64,000 nucleotides of DNA from Halieaceae bacterium (GCA_026710905.1 JAPOQD010000059.1:2021-66020), one strand, 5' to 3'. Shown: positions 38,582 to 48,106, counted from the first letter of the stretch. Notes: generated by a model not told the origin, from the letters alone. Numbers and translations: made by a program.

Positions 38582-40012
38582 ATGACCAGTTCAGTTGATT
38601 TGCGACGGGCACGCCAATTGGCGGATGATCCGGGGGTTTTTTTCGAAGGGAATTACACAAAGATGCAATCGATCGCCTGGGAGGATCTTTCAAAATTGCA
38701 TCTTGAGGCACTGAAAATCCGTTTTGAGGAAAAACGTGATGCAATTCCCATGCTTGAAAAACTGTCGAATCAGGCAAAGGTCGATACTCTCTCCACTATC
38801 GACGATGTTGTTCCTGTTCTGTTTGATCACACCACTTACAAGTCATACCCCAATGCACTTCTCGATTCAGGCCGATTTGACCAACTGACTCGCTGGTTGG
38901 ACAAGCTCACGACGCACGACCTGTCGGATGTGGACGCTTCGCATTGTGACAATATAGACAGTTGGATGGATGCCCTTGATAAACAGACCGACCTGAAAGT
39001 TGGCCACAGTTCCGGATCCACAGGCACCATGTCTTTCCTGCCTCGAGGCGCCGAGGAGTTGGACAAGTACATCAGGAACATGAAGATAGAGCTGTTCCAG
39101 GAATTTGGCAGCGATGAGGTCGTTCAGGACGAACCGCTCAATCTTCATGTGATCTATCCGTTTTTCAGACACGGCGCAAGTTCTCATATTCGGGCTCTCG
39201 AGTTCTGGGTGAAGCACTTTGCGGGGGATGAGGAGCGTTTGCACGTGCTTTATCCCAGAAGAATGAGCTCGGATGTGATGTATCTTTCTGCACGTATTCA
39301 GGCAGCCGCTGCGCGAGGCAATCTCGACAGCGTCAAACTCAGTGACGAGATGCGGGAGAGAATGAACGAGTTTCACAAACTGCAGAAAGAACTTCCCCAG
39401 TTACTGGAGAAGTATGTGGAAAATGAACTCAAGTCCTTTGCAGGTGAGCGTGTGTTGGCCACCGGCCCTTGGACGATCAACTGGGACATGGCCAAGATCG
39501 GCCTGGAGCGGGGAATGCGTAACATGTACAGCCCCGACTCGGTAGTATTGACAGGCGGCGGTACCAAGGGGCGTGAAGTACCGGAGGACTGGCGGGAGCC
39601 TATACGCGAATTCATCGGCTCCCGCCGTATTCAAGCCATGTATGGCATGACAGAGTGTATGGGGTCACACCTGCTGTGTGAGCACGAGAAGTACCATATT
39701 GCGCCTTGGATTATTCCTTATGTACTCGATCCCGACACCTGTACCCCGCTGCCAAGAACCGGCAGAGTTACCGGTCGTGCTGCGTTCTTTGACCTGACGG
39801 CGGAGGTGCTGTGGGGGGGGTTCATCACTGGCGACGAGGTCACGATAAACTGGGCCGCAAATTGCCCCTGTGGTAGAACCAGCCCCTATTTCGATTACAA
39901 GATTCAGCGCTACAAAGACATCAAAGGGGACGACAAAATCACCTGTGCCGCCAGTGCGGAGGCCCACGAAGAGGCCCTCAGTTTCCTGAACAGTTTTGGC
40001 ACAGGACGCTAG
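38582..40012 (+). CDS. LuxE-like acyl-protein synthetase / PaaK-like adenylate-forming enzyme (copy 2)
   Basis: 476 aa. HSSGSTGTMSF, TGGGTKG, YGMTECMGS, HIAPWIIPYVLDPDT..PLPRTG and CPCGRTSP. Paralog of 31205-32617. Confidence 0.75.
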   Translation: MTSSVDLRRARQLADDPGVFFEGNYTKMQSIAWEDLSKLHLEALKIRFEEKRDAIPMLEKLSNQAKVDTLSTIDDVVPVLFDHTTYKSYPNALLDSGRFDQLTRWLDKLTTHDLSDVDASHCDNIDSWMDALDKQTDLKVGHSSGSTGTMSFLPRGAEELDKYIRNMKIELFQEFGSDEVVQDEPLNLHVIYPFFRHGASSHIRALEFWVKHFAGDEERLHVLYPRRMSSDVMYLSARIQAAAARGNLDSVKLSDEMRERMNEFHKLQKELPQLLEKYVENELKSFAGERVLATGPWTINWDMAKIGLERGMRNMYSPDSVVLTGGGTKGREVPEDWREPIREFIGSRRIQAMYGMTECMGSHLLCEHEKYHIAPWIIPYVLDPDTCTPLPRTGRVTGRAAFFDLTAEVLWGGFITGDEVTINWAANCPCGRTSPYFDYKIQRYKDIKGDDKITCAASAEAHEEALSFLNSFGTGR

Positions 40013-40022
40013 GGGTACGAGT

Positions 40023-41495
40023 ATGAATACGGCAATTGCGCCGATGGTGATCCGCGGTAAGATCATTGAAGAGAATCTCATCGAGTTTGGTGGGCGGGCC
40101 CAAGGCTTCGTCTTCCGATCGCCTGATCCGCACGCCTACGTCGAAGAAATTGGTCTGACCAGCCCCGATGCACTGGCTGACCTCTATCAGCTCAGCTTTA
40201 CCGATATACTGGATTATCTGGAGGAACTCGGACAACGGCTGGTTCTCGAAGACAACCAGCATCTGCAACAGGCGTTCGAAGCGGCCTGCGCGACGGCGGC
40301 CATGACTCCCCCGTTATTGCGTGTTCAGTACGCTTCGATTCCGGCATTCCTTGGCAATCGAAAAGCGCTCATCGAGTCCGCGGAACAATCGATTGGAATT
40401 GCACACCTGGAAGGATGGGTGGAGGGATCAACCTGCACGGGGCATGCAACGCGCATACGCGCATTTGGCGCGCGGACCGTGCACGTCATTGCGGGTAATG
40501 CACCCTTACTGTCTGCCATGACGGTGGCGCGCAATGCAATGTTGCGCAGCGATGCAATCATTAAGCCGCCCTCTAATGACCCGCTGACTGCAGCTGCCAT
40601 CGGGCGCCAGATGGTGGAAATGGCGCCTGATCATCCGCTCACCAGGCATCTTTCGGTCGCTTACTGGAAGGGTGGCGACGAGGCCTTTGAAAGCAGGCTA
40701 TACCAACCCCGGAACGTGGAGAAAATCATCGCCTGGGGTGGCTTCGCGTCTGTGAAACACGTTACCAGATATATTCAACCCGGGTTGGAACTGATCTCGC
40801 TGGATCCGAAGAGCAGCGCTAGCATAATCGGCCCAGAGGCATTCGCCAGTGAAGAGACTCTTGCTGACGTTGCCCAGAAAGTAGCCGCCGATGTGGGGCT
40901 ACATAATCAACAAGGCTGTGTCAATGCGCGCGTGGTATATGTGTTATCCGGCACGGACGAACAAGGAATCAATCAATTGGAACGGTTGGGCAGGCTGGTC
41001 TATGAAAAGATCCAACAACTCAATCCGCAATTGAGCACCGTGGCGGAGCGGTACAGCCCAGAATTGAAAGCCCACGTCGATACGCTGAAGCTCGATGATG
41101 ATTGGTATTCCGTGATCGGGGGAGAGGACAAAGAGGGGGCCATCATTGTCTCCAGGCTTCCCGCACCTGTCGATTTCTCCGCTGCCCTGTGTGATCGCAC
41201 CGCTAACCTCGTGCCCATTGACTGCCTGGACGAGGCAATTGCGTTCGTGGATGCCTACACCCAGACTGTTGGCATCTACCCGGAAGCCTTAAAGCAGGAT
41301 CTGATGGACATACTGCCGCTTCATGGAGCGCAGCGGATTGTCTCACTGGGATATGCCACCCAGATGTCAAATGCCGCACCGCACGACGGACTGGAGCCGA
41401 TGCGGCGCATGTGCAAGTGGATTTTGGAAGAAAGTGCCGACCCGAGCACGGTGCCCCCATTCTGGAGCACGGCAGGTTTCAGCGGGACTATATGA
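40023..41495 (+). CDS. LuxC-like acyl-CoA/acyl-protein reductase (copy 2)
   Basis: HVIAGNAPLLSAMTVARNAMLRSDAIIKPPSNDPLTAAAIGRQMVEMAPDHPLTRHLSVAYWKGG...IIAWGGFASVKHV...LISLDPKSS and NQQGCVNARVVYV. Start taken at MNTAIAPMVIRGK. Confidence 0.8.
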   Translation: MNTAIAPMVIRGKIIEENLIEFGGRAQGFVFRSPDPHAYVEEIGLTSPDALADLYQLSFTDILDYLEELGQRLVLEDNQHLQQAFEAACATAAMTPPLLRVQYASIPAFLGNRKALIESAEQSIGIAHLEGWVEGSTCTGHATRIRAFGARTVHVIAGNAPLLSAMTVARNAMLRSDAIIKPPSNDPLTAAAIGRQMVEMAPDHPLTRHLSVAYWKGGDEAFESRLYQPRNVEKIIAWGGFASVKHVTRYIQPGLELISLDPKSSASIIGPEAFASEETLADVAQKVAADVGLHNQQGCVNARVVYVLSGTDEQGINQLERLGRLVYEKIQQLNPQLSTVAERYSPELKAHVDTLKLDDDWYSVIGGEDKEGAIIVSRLPAPVDFSAALCDRTANLVPIDCLDEAIAFVDAYTQTVGIYPEALKQDLMDILPLHGAQRIVSLGYATQMSNAAPHDGLEPMRRMCKWILEESADPSTVPPFWSTAGFSGTI

Positions 41496-41556
41496 CGGGT
41501 TGTTTCGCTACACCGAGTGTTACTGTCATGAGAACTATCAGTAGGAAGAAAGAGAA

Positions 41557-42591
41557 GTGAAATACAAACTGTTCGGCAAGAGTGGGCTCCGGGTGTCGGA
41601 GCTATGCCTGGGGGCCATGACCTTCGGAGATGGGGAGAGCTGGTTATCAGGGCGTGAAGAGAGCTTCAGGATTCTGAGTGCCTACGCCGAAGCTGGTGGA
41701 AACTATATCGATACTGCGAATATTTACGCGCATGGGCAGAGCGAGCAGATCGTTGGCGAATTCATCAGCTCAGATAGAGAACAATTCGTCATCGCCACCA
41801 AGTATACCCATGCCTTTCCGGGAACAGCCCCGGTAAATGGTGCCGGCAATCACCGCAAAAGCATGGTATCTGCGCTGGATAGTAGTCTCAAACGCCTCAA
41901 TACAGACTATATAGATATCTACTGGTTGCATCTGTGGGATTTCTTGACCCCGGTTGATGAAGTCATGCGTGCCCTGAACGATGCAGTAGCAGCGGGCAAA
42001 ATTCACTACATTGGATTCTCTGATGTGCCGGCCTGGATAGTCGTACAGGCTAACATGGTTGCTGAACGCCATGGTTGGAACCCGATTACAGGCCTTCAGT
42101 TGGAATACAGCCTGGTCCAGCGATCCATTGAGCGCGAACTCATTCCCATGGCGCGAGCGTTTGATATCAGCGTGAATGCCTGGTCGCCATTGTCTTCGGG
42201 AGTATTATCAGGAAAGTACACCCGGGGCAAAGAGGCAGATTTCAGGCGTGGTTCGGCTGGTTTTGATATCCATACACTGAATGACGAGAAACGGCTGATA
42301 GCCGAAGCTGTTGATGAAATCGCCGACGAGATCGGAATTTCTTCTGCTGCAGTAGCGCTGAGCTGGGTGCTGTGCAAGGGAACAATACCAATATTGGGCG
42401 CTCGAACCTCTGAACAGCTTGCCGACAATTTGACATGCCTCGATTGTAAGTTGACCGAAAAGCAGATTGCGAAACTGGACGAGATAAGTGCCATTGATTT
42501 TGGGCATCCCTACGACATGCTGGACAACCCCGGTGTTATTGCAGTGACCTATGGTGGTTTTCGGGAGCAAATCGATTTTCCGGCCGGTTGA
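41557..42591 (+). CDS. aldo/keto reductase
   Basis: 344 aa with a GTG start. MKYKLFGKSGLRVSELCLGAMTFG...NYIDTANIY...IDIYWLH. Confidence 0.9.
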   Translation: MKYKLFGKSGLRVSELCLGAMTFGDGESWLSGREESFRILSAYAEAGGNYIDTANIYAHGQSEQIVGEFISSDREQFVIATKYTHAFPGTAPVNGAGNHRKSMVSALDSSLKRLNTDYIDIYWLHLWDFLTPVDEVMRALNDAVAAGKIHYIGFSDVPAWIVVQANMVAERHGWNPITGLQLEYSLVQRSIERELIPMARAFDISVNAWSPLSSGVLSGKYTRGKEADFRRGSAGFDIHTLNDEKRLIAEAVDEIADEIGISSAAVALSWVLCKGTIPILGARTSEQLADNLTCLDCKLTEKQIAKLDEISAIDFGHPYDMLDNPGVIAVTYGGFREQIDFPAG

Positions 42592-42612
42592 TCCGCGACT
42601 CCGGGAGGAGAA

Positions 42613-43821
42613 ATGGCGGTAGCCCTCGATGGCGTAAGAGTGATAGAGCTGGGGCAGGAGATCCAGGGCCCCTATGCCACCCTGTTCCTGGCCGACATGG
42701 GCGCCGATGTGATTAAGGTGGAGAATCGTGAGGGCGGCGACCTGGCCCGGCAGATGACGGTGGGTCGCATTGCTGGCGAGGAGCTGCCCCACGGGGATTT
42801 CCAGCAGTATTTTTTCCTGCTGAACCGCGGCAAACGCAGCCTCACACTGGACCTCAAGCAGGAGCAAGGCAAGGAAATCCTGCTGCGCCTGCTGGACAGC
42901 GCCGACGTGCTGCTGACCAATTTCCGCCCCGGGGTGCTCGAACGGTTGGGCTTTTCCTACGACGACTTGTGTGAGCAATTTCCACGCCTGATCCATGCCA
43001 CCGCTTCTTCCTGGGGTCCGAAAGGGCCCTGGGCGACCCGGCCCAGCCGCGACATGCTGGCCCAGGCAGCGGCAGGCATCATGACCAAGACGGGTATGGA
43101 AGATCAGCCGCCGTTGCCCGCGGGTTTCGTTGCCGGCGACTATTCTGGAGCGGTATTCGCTGCCATGGGGATTCTCGCGGCGCTCTATGCCCGAGAGCAG
43201 ACCGGCAGTGGCCAGAAAGTGGATACTTCCATGTACGGCGCCCTGCTCGCGCTGCAACCCTGGGAGCTGATCCAGGCCTCGATTACAGGCAGGTAAAATC
43301 GCCGCGCCGGCCGCGGCCACCAGTTTCTGAACGGAGCCTGGGGCGCGTTCCAGACCAGCGACGGCTGGATCGCCATCGCCGGTATTGAAGACAGCCGCTG
43401 GCCCGGGTTCTGCGAGGCAATCAACCGCCCGGATCTGGTTGACGATCCCGACTACGACAAGGACAGCCGAAATTTCGCCGGGGAGCGGATTCACCAACTG
43501 CTGGACGAGGTGCTGTTGCAGCGCACCACCGATGAGTGGCTGGAATTGTTCCTGGCAGCGGACCTGTTTGTTACCGCCGTGGCTGATTACGACGACGTGC
43601 TCAATAGCGAGCAGGCCCTGGAGAACGGCTACATACGCTGGGCTGAGCATCCAGAGGTGGGTCGTTTCAAGATGGTAGGCCCCCCCGTCACGCTCAGTGA
43701 AACCCCCTTTGCCGAGGTGAAGCCCGCCCCGGTACTGGGTGAGCACACTGATGAGGTTTTGCGGGAACTTGGTTTCGATGAGGAGGCCATTGCCAAGCTG
43801 AAACAGTCTGGCATTGTCTGA
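42613..43821 (+). pseudogene. family III CoA-transferase (CaiB/BaiF type) interrupted by one in-frame TAA
   Basis: ORFs 42613-43296 and 43510-43821 are in the same frame. The only interruption is TAA at 43294-43296, and the frame is open from 43297 onward. It reads ...ITGR*NRRAGRGHQFLNGAWGAFQTSDGWIAIAGIEDSRWPGFCEAINRPDLVDDP..., which continues the family pattern. N-terminal LDGVRVIELGQEIQGPYATLFLADMGADVIKVE. Confidence 0.8.
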
Positions 43822-43910
43822 ACCTGACGGCAGCTGGTCGAATGAATTCGGCCAGGACGGCCGGTCTCTACCATAGAGCCTCGGCGGCCCCACCAAATTT
43901 CTTCGGCCAG

Positions 43911-44750
43911 TTACTCCTTCAGATAACTCTGCAGCGCCTGGCGTTGGGTTCTGGCCTGTGTATAGGGGCGCCCGGCGATGGCGCCACCGTCGATCACCAG
44001 GTCGCGCCCGGTGATGAAGCCCGCTTCATCCGAGGCCAGGAAAATCACTGCATTGGCGACGTCCTCCGGAGTACCTGCGCGGCCCAGCGGTTGGGCTTTC
44101 TTGAGGGCGCTGCGAACCTTGTCGGAGGTTGCATCCGCTGCGTCGCTATCCAGGCCGGCGCCACGGCCGAAGATACCCGTAGCGATCGCACCGGGAGAGA
44201 CGGTGTTGATGCGCACGCCGCTTTCTGCCAGTTCCAGGGCCACGCTTTTTGCGAGTTGTACCACCGCCGCCTTCAGGGCTGCATACAGGTGGCTGGTGGC
44301 GTAACCACCCAGTTGCGCAGCGACCGAGGCGTTGCTGACAATGGCGCCCGAGCCTTGCGCACACATCACGGGTGCGGCGTGCTTGATGCCGTAGAACACG
44401 CTGCGCAGCAGCAGCGCCACCGAGGCGTCGAAATCCTCCGACTCGATACCCGCGATGTCTCCCGGGGGCGCGGGCCCGCCGGCGTTGTTGAACAGGATAT
44501 CAAGTTTGCCGAATTGATCGCGCGCGCAATTCACCGCTTGCTGTACCTGGCCTTCCTCGGTGACGTCGACCTCCATGAACAGGGCGGCATCACCCAGCTG
44601 TGCCGCGATCTGTTCCCCCAGGGTTTTCCTGCGCCCGCACAGCACCACCGAGGCCCCCTCGGCGACCATTCGTTCGGCGGTACAACGGCCGATACCGCTG
44701 GTGGCCCCGGTGATAAGCGCTACCTTGCTCTGCAGGCGCTGGGTCGTCAT
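43911..44750 (-). CDS. short-chain dehydrogenase/reductase (SDR)
   Basis: 279 aa. TGATSGIG, NNAG and YAALK motifs. Confidence 0.9.
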   Translation of the reverse strand: MTTQRLQSKVALITGATSGIGRCTAERMVAEGASVVLCGRRKTLGEQIAAQLGDAALFMEVDVTEEGQVQQAVNCARDQFGKLDILFNNAGGPAPPGDIAGIESEDFDASVALLLRSVFYGIKHAAPVMCAQGSGAIVSNASVAAQLGGYATSHLYAALKAAVVQLAKSVALELAESGVRINTVSPGAIATGIFGRGAGLDSDAADATSDKVRSALKKAQPLGRAGTPEDVANAVIFLASDEAGFITGRDLVIDGGAIAGRPYTQARTQRQALQSYLKE

Positions 44751-44802
44751 TTCTGCTTCCCATCTCTTCGGCTCTCGTATAATATGTCACATATCTATAT
44801 AA

Positions 44803-44816
44803 TAGACAAACATCTA
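44803..44816 (+). promoter_or_regulatory. candidate operator, TAGACAAACATCTA
   Basis: In the divergent region between the SDR (start 44750) and the BKACE gene (44833). Preceded by TATATAA, as at other sites. Confidence 0.45.
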
Positions 44817-44832
44817 TTTGAAGGAGAATTTC

Positions 44833-45846
44833 ATGCCGAATATTTTCTGGGACAAAGTGCAGGAGAGTCTGGAATACTGCAAGCACAAGATGATCTGGCA
44901 CGCCTACGGCTATCCCAAGATCGCCGACCTGGAGTGCAGTTGTTTTCACGATGCGCCGATATCGGAGCCATGGGATATCGATCAGAAAATGGCCGTGTCG
45001 GTGGCCATTACCGGTTCGTTCTTCCGCCGTGAGGACAACCCGAACCAGCCGATAACCGACGAAGAGATCCGGGATTCGGCGCGGGAGGTGCTGCGGGCAG
45101 GCGCCAGCACCGTGCACATCCACGTGCGGGATCACAAGGAACATTTCATTCTATCCTGTGGGAAATTTCAGAATGTGATCACGCCTTTGAAGGAGGAATT
45201 TCCCGACCTGGCGGTGGATGGCTGTCTGGTGCCTGGCCTGTCGCGAGACTGGGAAGAAATGGTGAAGACCATCGATACCGGAATCTTCGATGCGGCACCG
45301 GTCAATTCTACCGCGGTGTTCGTTGGTGACTCACTGCTGGCAAAGCCGCCGGCGGTACTGCTGGAGAAAACCCGGTTGATCCAGGCGGCAGGCGGGGTTC
45401 CGGAAATCGCCGTGTACAACGATGCCGACATCTCCAACGCCGATCGCTACCTGTTGCGCAGTGGTTTGATCAAGCCCGGTGCGGTGTGGATCGTATTACC
45501 GGCACTTCCAGGCTGTGCCGTGATGGACAATCCGCGCCAGATGAGTGAAGGCCTGAACCGCATGGTCAACGCCATCCGCGACGTGGATCCCGAGGGCTTT
45601 ATAATGGTCTGTGCTGCGGGTCGGGCATCCATGCACCTGGCCACCCTGGCGGCTTCCATGGGGCTGCACATCCGCATCGGCATGGAGGATACTTACTACC
45701 TGTGGCCACACAGGAGCGACAAGATCGGCAGCAATCTGCAGTGTTTCGAGCTGGCGAAGATGTTGTCTGAGGTGGTGGGTCGTCCCATTGCCACCCGGGC
45801 GGAGTACCGGGAGATGATCGGCGCGCCCGTGGTGGCTACAGCATAG
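44833..45846 (+). CDS. beta-keto acid cleavage enzyme family protein (BKACE, DUF849)
   Basis: AAGGAG SD. PITDEEIRDSAREVLRAGASTVHIHVRD and C-terminal GLHIRIGMEDTYYLWP...IATRAEYREMIG match the 3-keto-5-aminohexanoate-cleavage-enzyme family signature as I recall it. Confidence 0.78.
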   Translation: MPNIFWDKVQESLEYCKHKMIWHAYGYPKIADLECSCFHDAPISEPWDIDQKMAVSVAITGSFFRREDNPNQPITDEEIRDSAREVLRAGASTVHIHVRDHKEHFILSCGKFQNVITPLKEEFPDLAVDGCLVPGLSRDWEEMVKTIDTGIFDAAPVNSTAVFVGDSLLAKPPAVLLEKTRLIQAAGGVPEIAVYNDADISNADRYLLRSGLIKPGAVWIVLPALPGCAVMDNPRQMSEGLNRMVNAIRDVDPEGFIMVCAAGRASMHLATLAASMGLHIRIGMEDTYYLWPHRSDKIGSNLQCFELAKMLSEVVGRPIATRAEYREMIGAPVVATA

Positions 45847-46005
45847 TTTCGAGGACGGCATCGCCATCTCGGAGGCCTGTGGAGGTAGCGTTATGGGTAG
45901 TAACGCGGCCTCAATCCTGTTGGAGGAAGTCGCCGCATCGGGTGCGGCCATGAACGGGGCTACCGCTCGTCTCTAACCGCGCTGCCTCAGCGTCAGGTCG
46001 CCGCC

Positions 46006-48021
46006 TCAGTCCTTGAGAGCGAACGCGATAATATGGTCACCCTTTGTTGTGCCGTAGTACGGGTGCCCACCGGCCATGATCACCATGTATTGGCGCCCGC
46101 CGGCGGCATAGGTCATGGGCGTGGACTGACCGCCCGCGGGCAGTTTCACTTCCCAGAGCTTCTGCCCGGTCTCGGTGTCGAAGGCCCGGAACTTGTCGTC
46201 AGCACTGGCGGCGATAAAAGCGAGACCGCCGCGCGTAACGATGGGCCCACCAGCCATCGGGGTGCCCATCTCCAGAGGCACCGGGATACCAATCTGCTGA
46301 TCCGCCAGGCGTTCCACGGAACCGAGTGGCACCTGCCACAGTACCTCCCCAGCCGCCAGGTCTACCGCCGACAACCGTCCCCAGGGCGGTTGTGTGCAGG
46401 GCGCGCCGAGGGGGGAAGTGAGGAAAAACAATTCCATCACATAGTCGGTGCCGTGCATGGGAAAGAACAGGTGCGCCCCAGAGCCCCGCTGCTCCAGATC
46501 GACCTGTTCCCGGGGTACCAGCCGGTGCACCTGGGCCATGTGCAGGGTCGGGGTAATCAGGATCCCGGTGCCGGGCACGATGGCGCCGCTGCCCCAGTTC
46601 ATGCCGCCGGCGGAGGCGGGCATGACGATGGTGCCCTGGGTACTGGGCGGCGTGTAAAGGCCCTCATTGCGCAAACCCTCGACGCTCTTTCTGCAGGCGT
46701 TGCGGTCCCAGAACGTAAATCCCCAGGCATCGTCGGGTCGCATGCCCTGCTGAACCAGGGCCAGCGTTGAGAAGGGTTGCGTGGGTGACAACCACTCGTC
46801 GGGATTGTCGGTGTTCTGGGGCACCGGGCGCTCCTCGATGGGCAGCAATGGTTCGCCAGTGAGCCGATTGAACACGAAGACCATGCCCTGCTTGGTGAGC
46901 AATACCACGGCGGGTACCTGCGCCCCATCGCGTTCGAGTTCGGTAAGTATGGGTTGCGCCGGCAGGTCATAATCCCACAGGTCGTGGTGCACCACCTGGA
47001 AATGCCAGCGCAGCTCGCCGGTATTACTGTCCAGCGCCACCAGGGAATCTGTGTAACGGTTCTCCCCGGGCCGGTAGCTGCCCACCAGGTCGGCGCTGGG
47101 GCTGGTGGTGGGTACGAACACCAGGTTGTTGTCCGGGTCGGCCGACAACAGGCTCCAGGCGTTGCCGGCGCCCACCAGTTCTGAGCTGTTGTTGCCCCAG
47201 GTTTGCGCCGCCGGATCATCCGCCTGCCGGGGAACCGGGTCGAAGGTCCACAAGAGTTCGCCGCTGCGGGCGTCGATCGCCCGGATCTTGCCGCTGGGTG
47301 CCTTAACGCTGACGTTATCCGCCAGGGTGGAACCGAACACTGCCACGTGACCAGCCATCGCCGGTGGCGAGTGGATCTGCACCTCGTCGTGAAAAACAAG
47401 GTTGGGGCCGGGGTTGAACTGCACCTCTCCGGGCGTACCGGCGGCGGCGCCGAAGTCCGGGCAGCGCTGCCCGTTGCGGGCATCGACGGCAAAGGCGCGC
47501 AGGTCCCCGGTTCCCCAGATGAGCCGGGTTCTACACAGAGCGTCGGGTGCTGCAGACTCATCGACATAAGTGGAAACACCCCGGCACTTGACGAAGGTGT
47601 GGCCAAAGGAGGAAAAGGAAACTGCGGGATCGAAGCTCCAGCGCTCCTCTCCCGTATTCGGGTCCAGAGCCAGGAGTCGTCCGCTGGGCGTGCAGGCCAC
47701 GAGTGTGTCCTCCACCAGCACCGGGGTAGACTGCCAGGGGTTGAAGGGCTGTTCCCCCGCCTCGATGGCCGCCAGTTCTCCGGCCTGGTAAACCCAGGCG
47801 ACCTCCAGGTCCTCCACATTGCTGCGATTGATCTGATCCAGCTCAGAATACCGCTCACCGCCATGGTTGTTACCATACTGGGGCCACTCGCTGTCGGCCA
47901 GTGGTTGCTCCGGGTTGGCGCGCTCGTAGGGCAGCATGTCGGGGCCTGAGTTCCAGTACAGGAGCCCAGCGGCGACCAGAAGCAGGATCGCGACAATCGC
48001 CAGATTTCGGGAGTGTGTCAT
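46006..48021 (-). CDS. PQQ-dependent dehydrogenase (glucose/quinate/shikimate-type quinoprotein), membrane-anchored
   Basis: 671 aa. One N-terminal TM helix (LAIVAILLLVAAGLLYW). EWPQYGNNHGGERYSELDQINRSNVEDLEVAWVY and repeated W-containing propeller blades. Confidence 0.88.
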   Translation of the reverse strand: MTHSRNLAIVAILLLVAAGLLYWNSGPDMLPYERANPEQPLADSEWPQYGNNHGGERYSELDQINRSNVEDLEVAWVYQAGELAAIEAGEQPFNPWQSTPVLVEDTLVACTPSGRLLALDPNTGEERWSFDPAVSFSSFGHTFVKCRGVSTYVDESAAPDALCRTRLIWGTGDLRAFAVDARNGQRCPDFGAAAGTPGEVQFNPGPNLVFHDEVQIHSPPAMAGHVAVFGSTLADNVSVKAPSGKIRAIDARSGELLWTFDPVPRQADDPAAQTWGNNSSELVGAGNAWSLLSADPDNNLVFVPTTSPSADLVGSYRPGENRYTDSLVALDSNTGELRWHFQVVHHDLWDYDLPAQPILTELERDGAQVPAVVLLTKQGMVFVFNRLTGEPLLPIEERPVPQNTDNPDEWLSPTQPFSTLALVQQGMRPDDAWGFTFWDRNACRKSVEGLRNEGLYTPPSTQGTIVMPASAGGMNWGSGAIVPGTGILITPTLHMAQVHRLVPREQVDLEQRGSGAHLFFPMHGTDYVMELFFLTSPLGAPCTQPPWGRLSAVDLAAGEVLWQVPLGSVERLADQQIGIPVPLEMGTPMAGGPIVTRGGLAFIAASADDKFRAFDTETGQKLWEVKLPAGGQSTPMTYAAGGRQYMVIMAGGHPYYGTTKGDHIIAFALKD

Positions 48022-48106
48022 TGCGTGCGCTCGGTTGCTGTATTGACCGATCGGACCGCCACCGGTTTTTGCTTGATAGCTGGAATGTTAACATGTATCT
48101 TATAAA

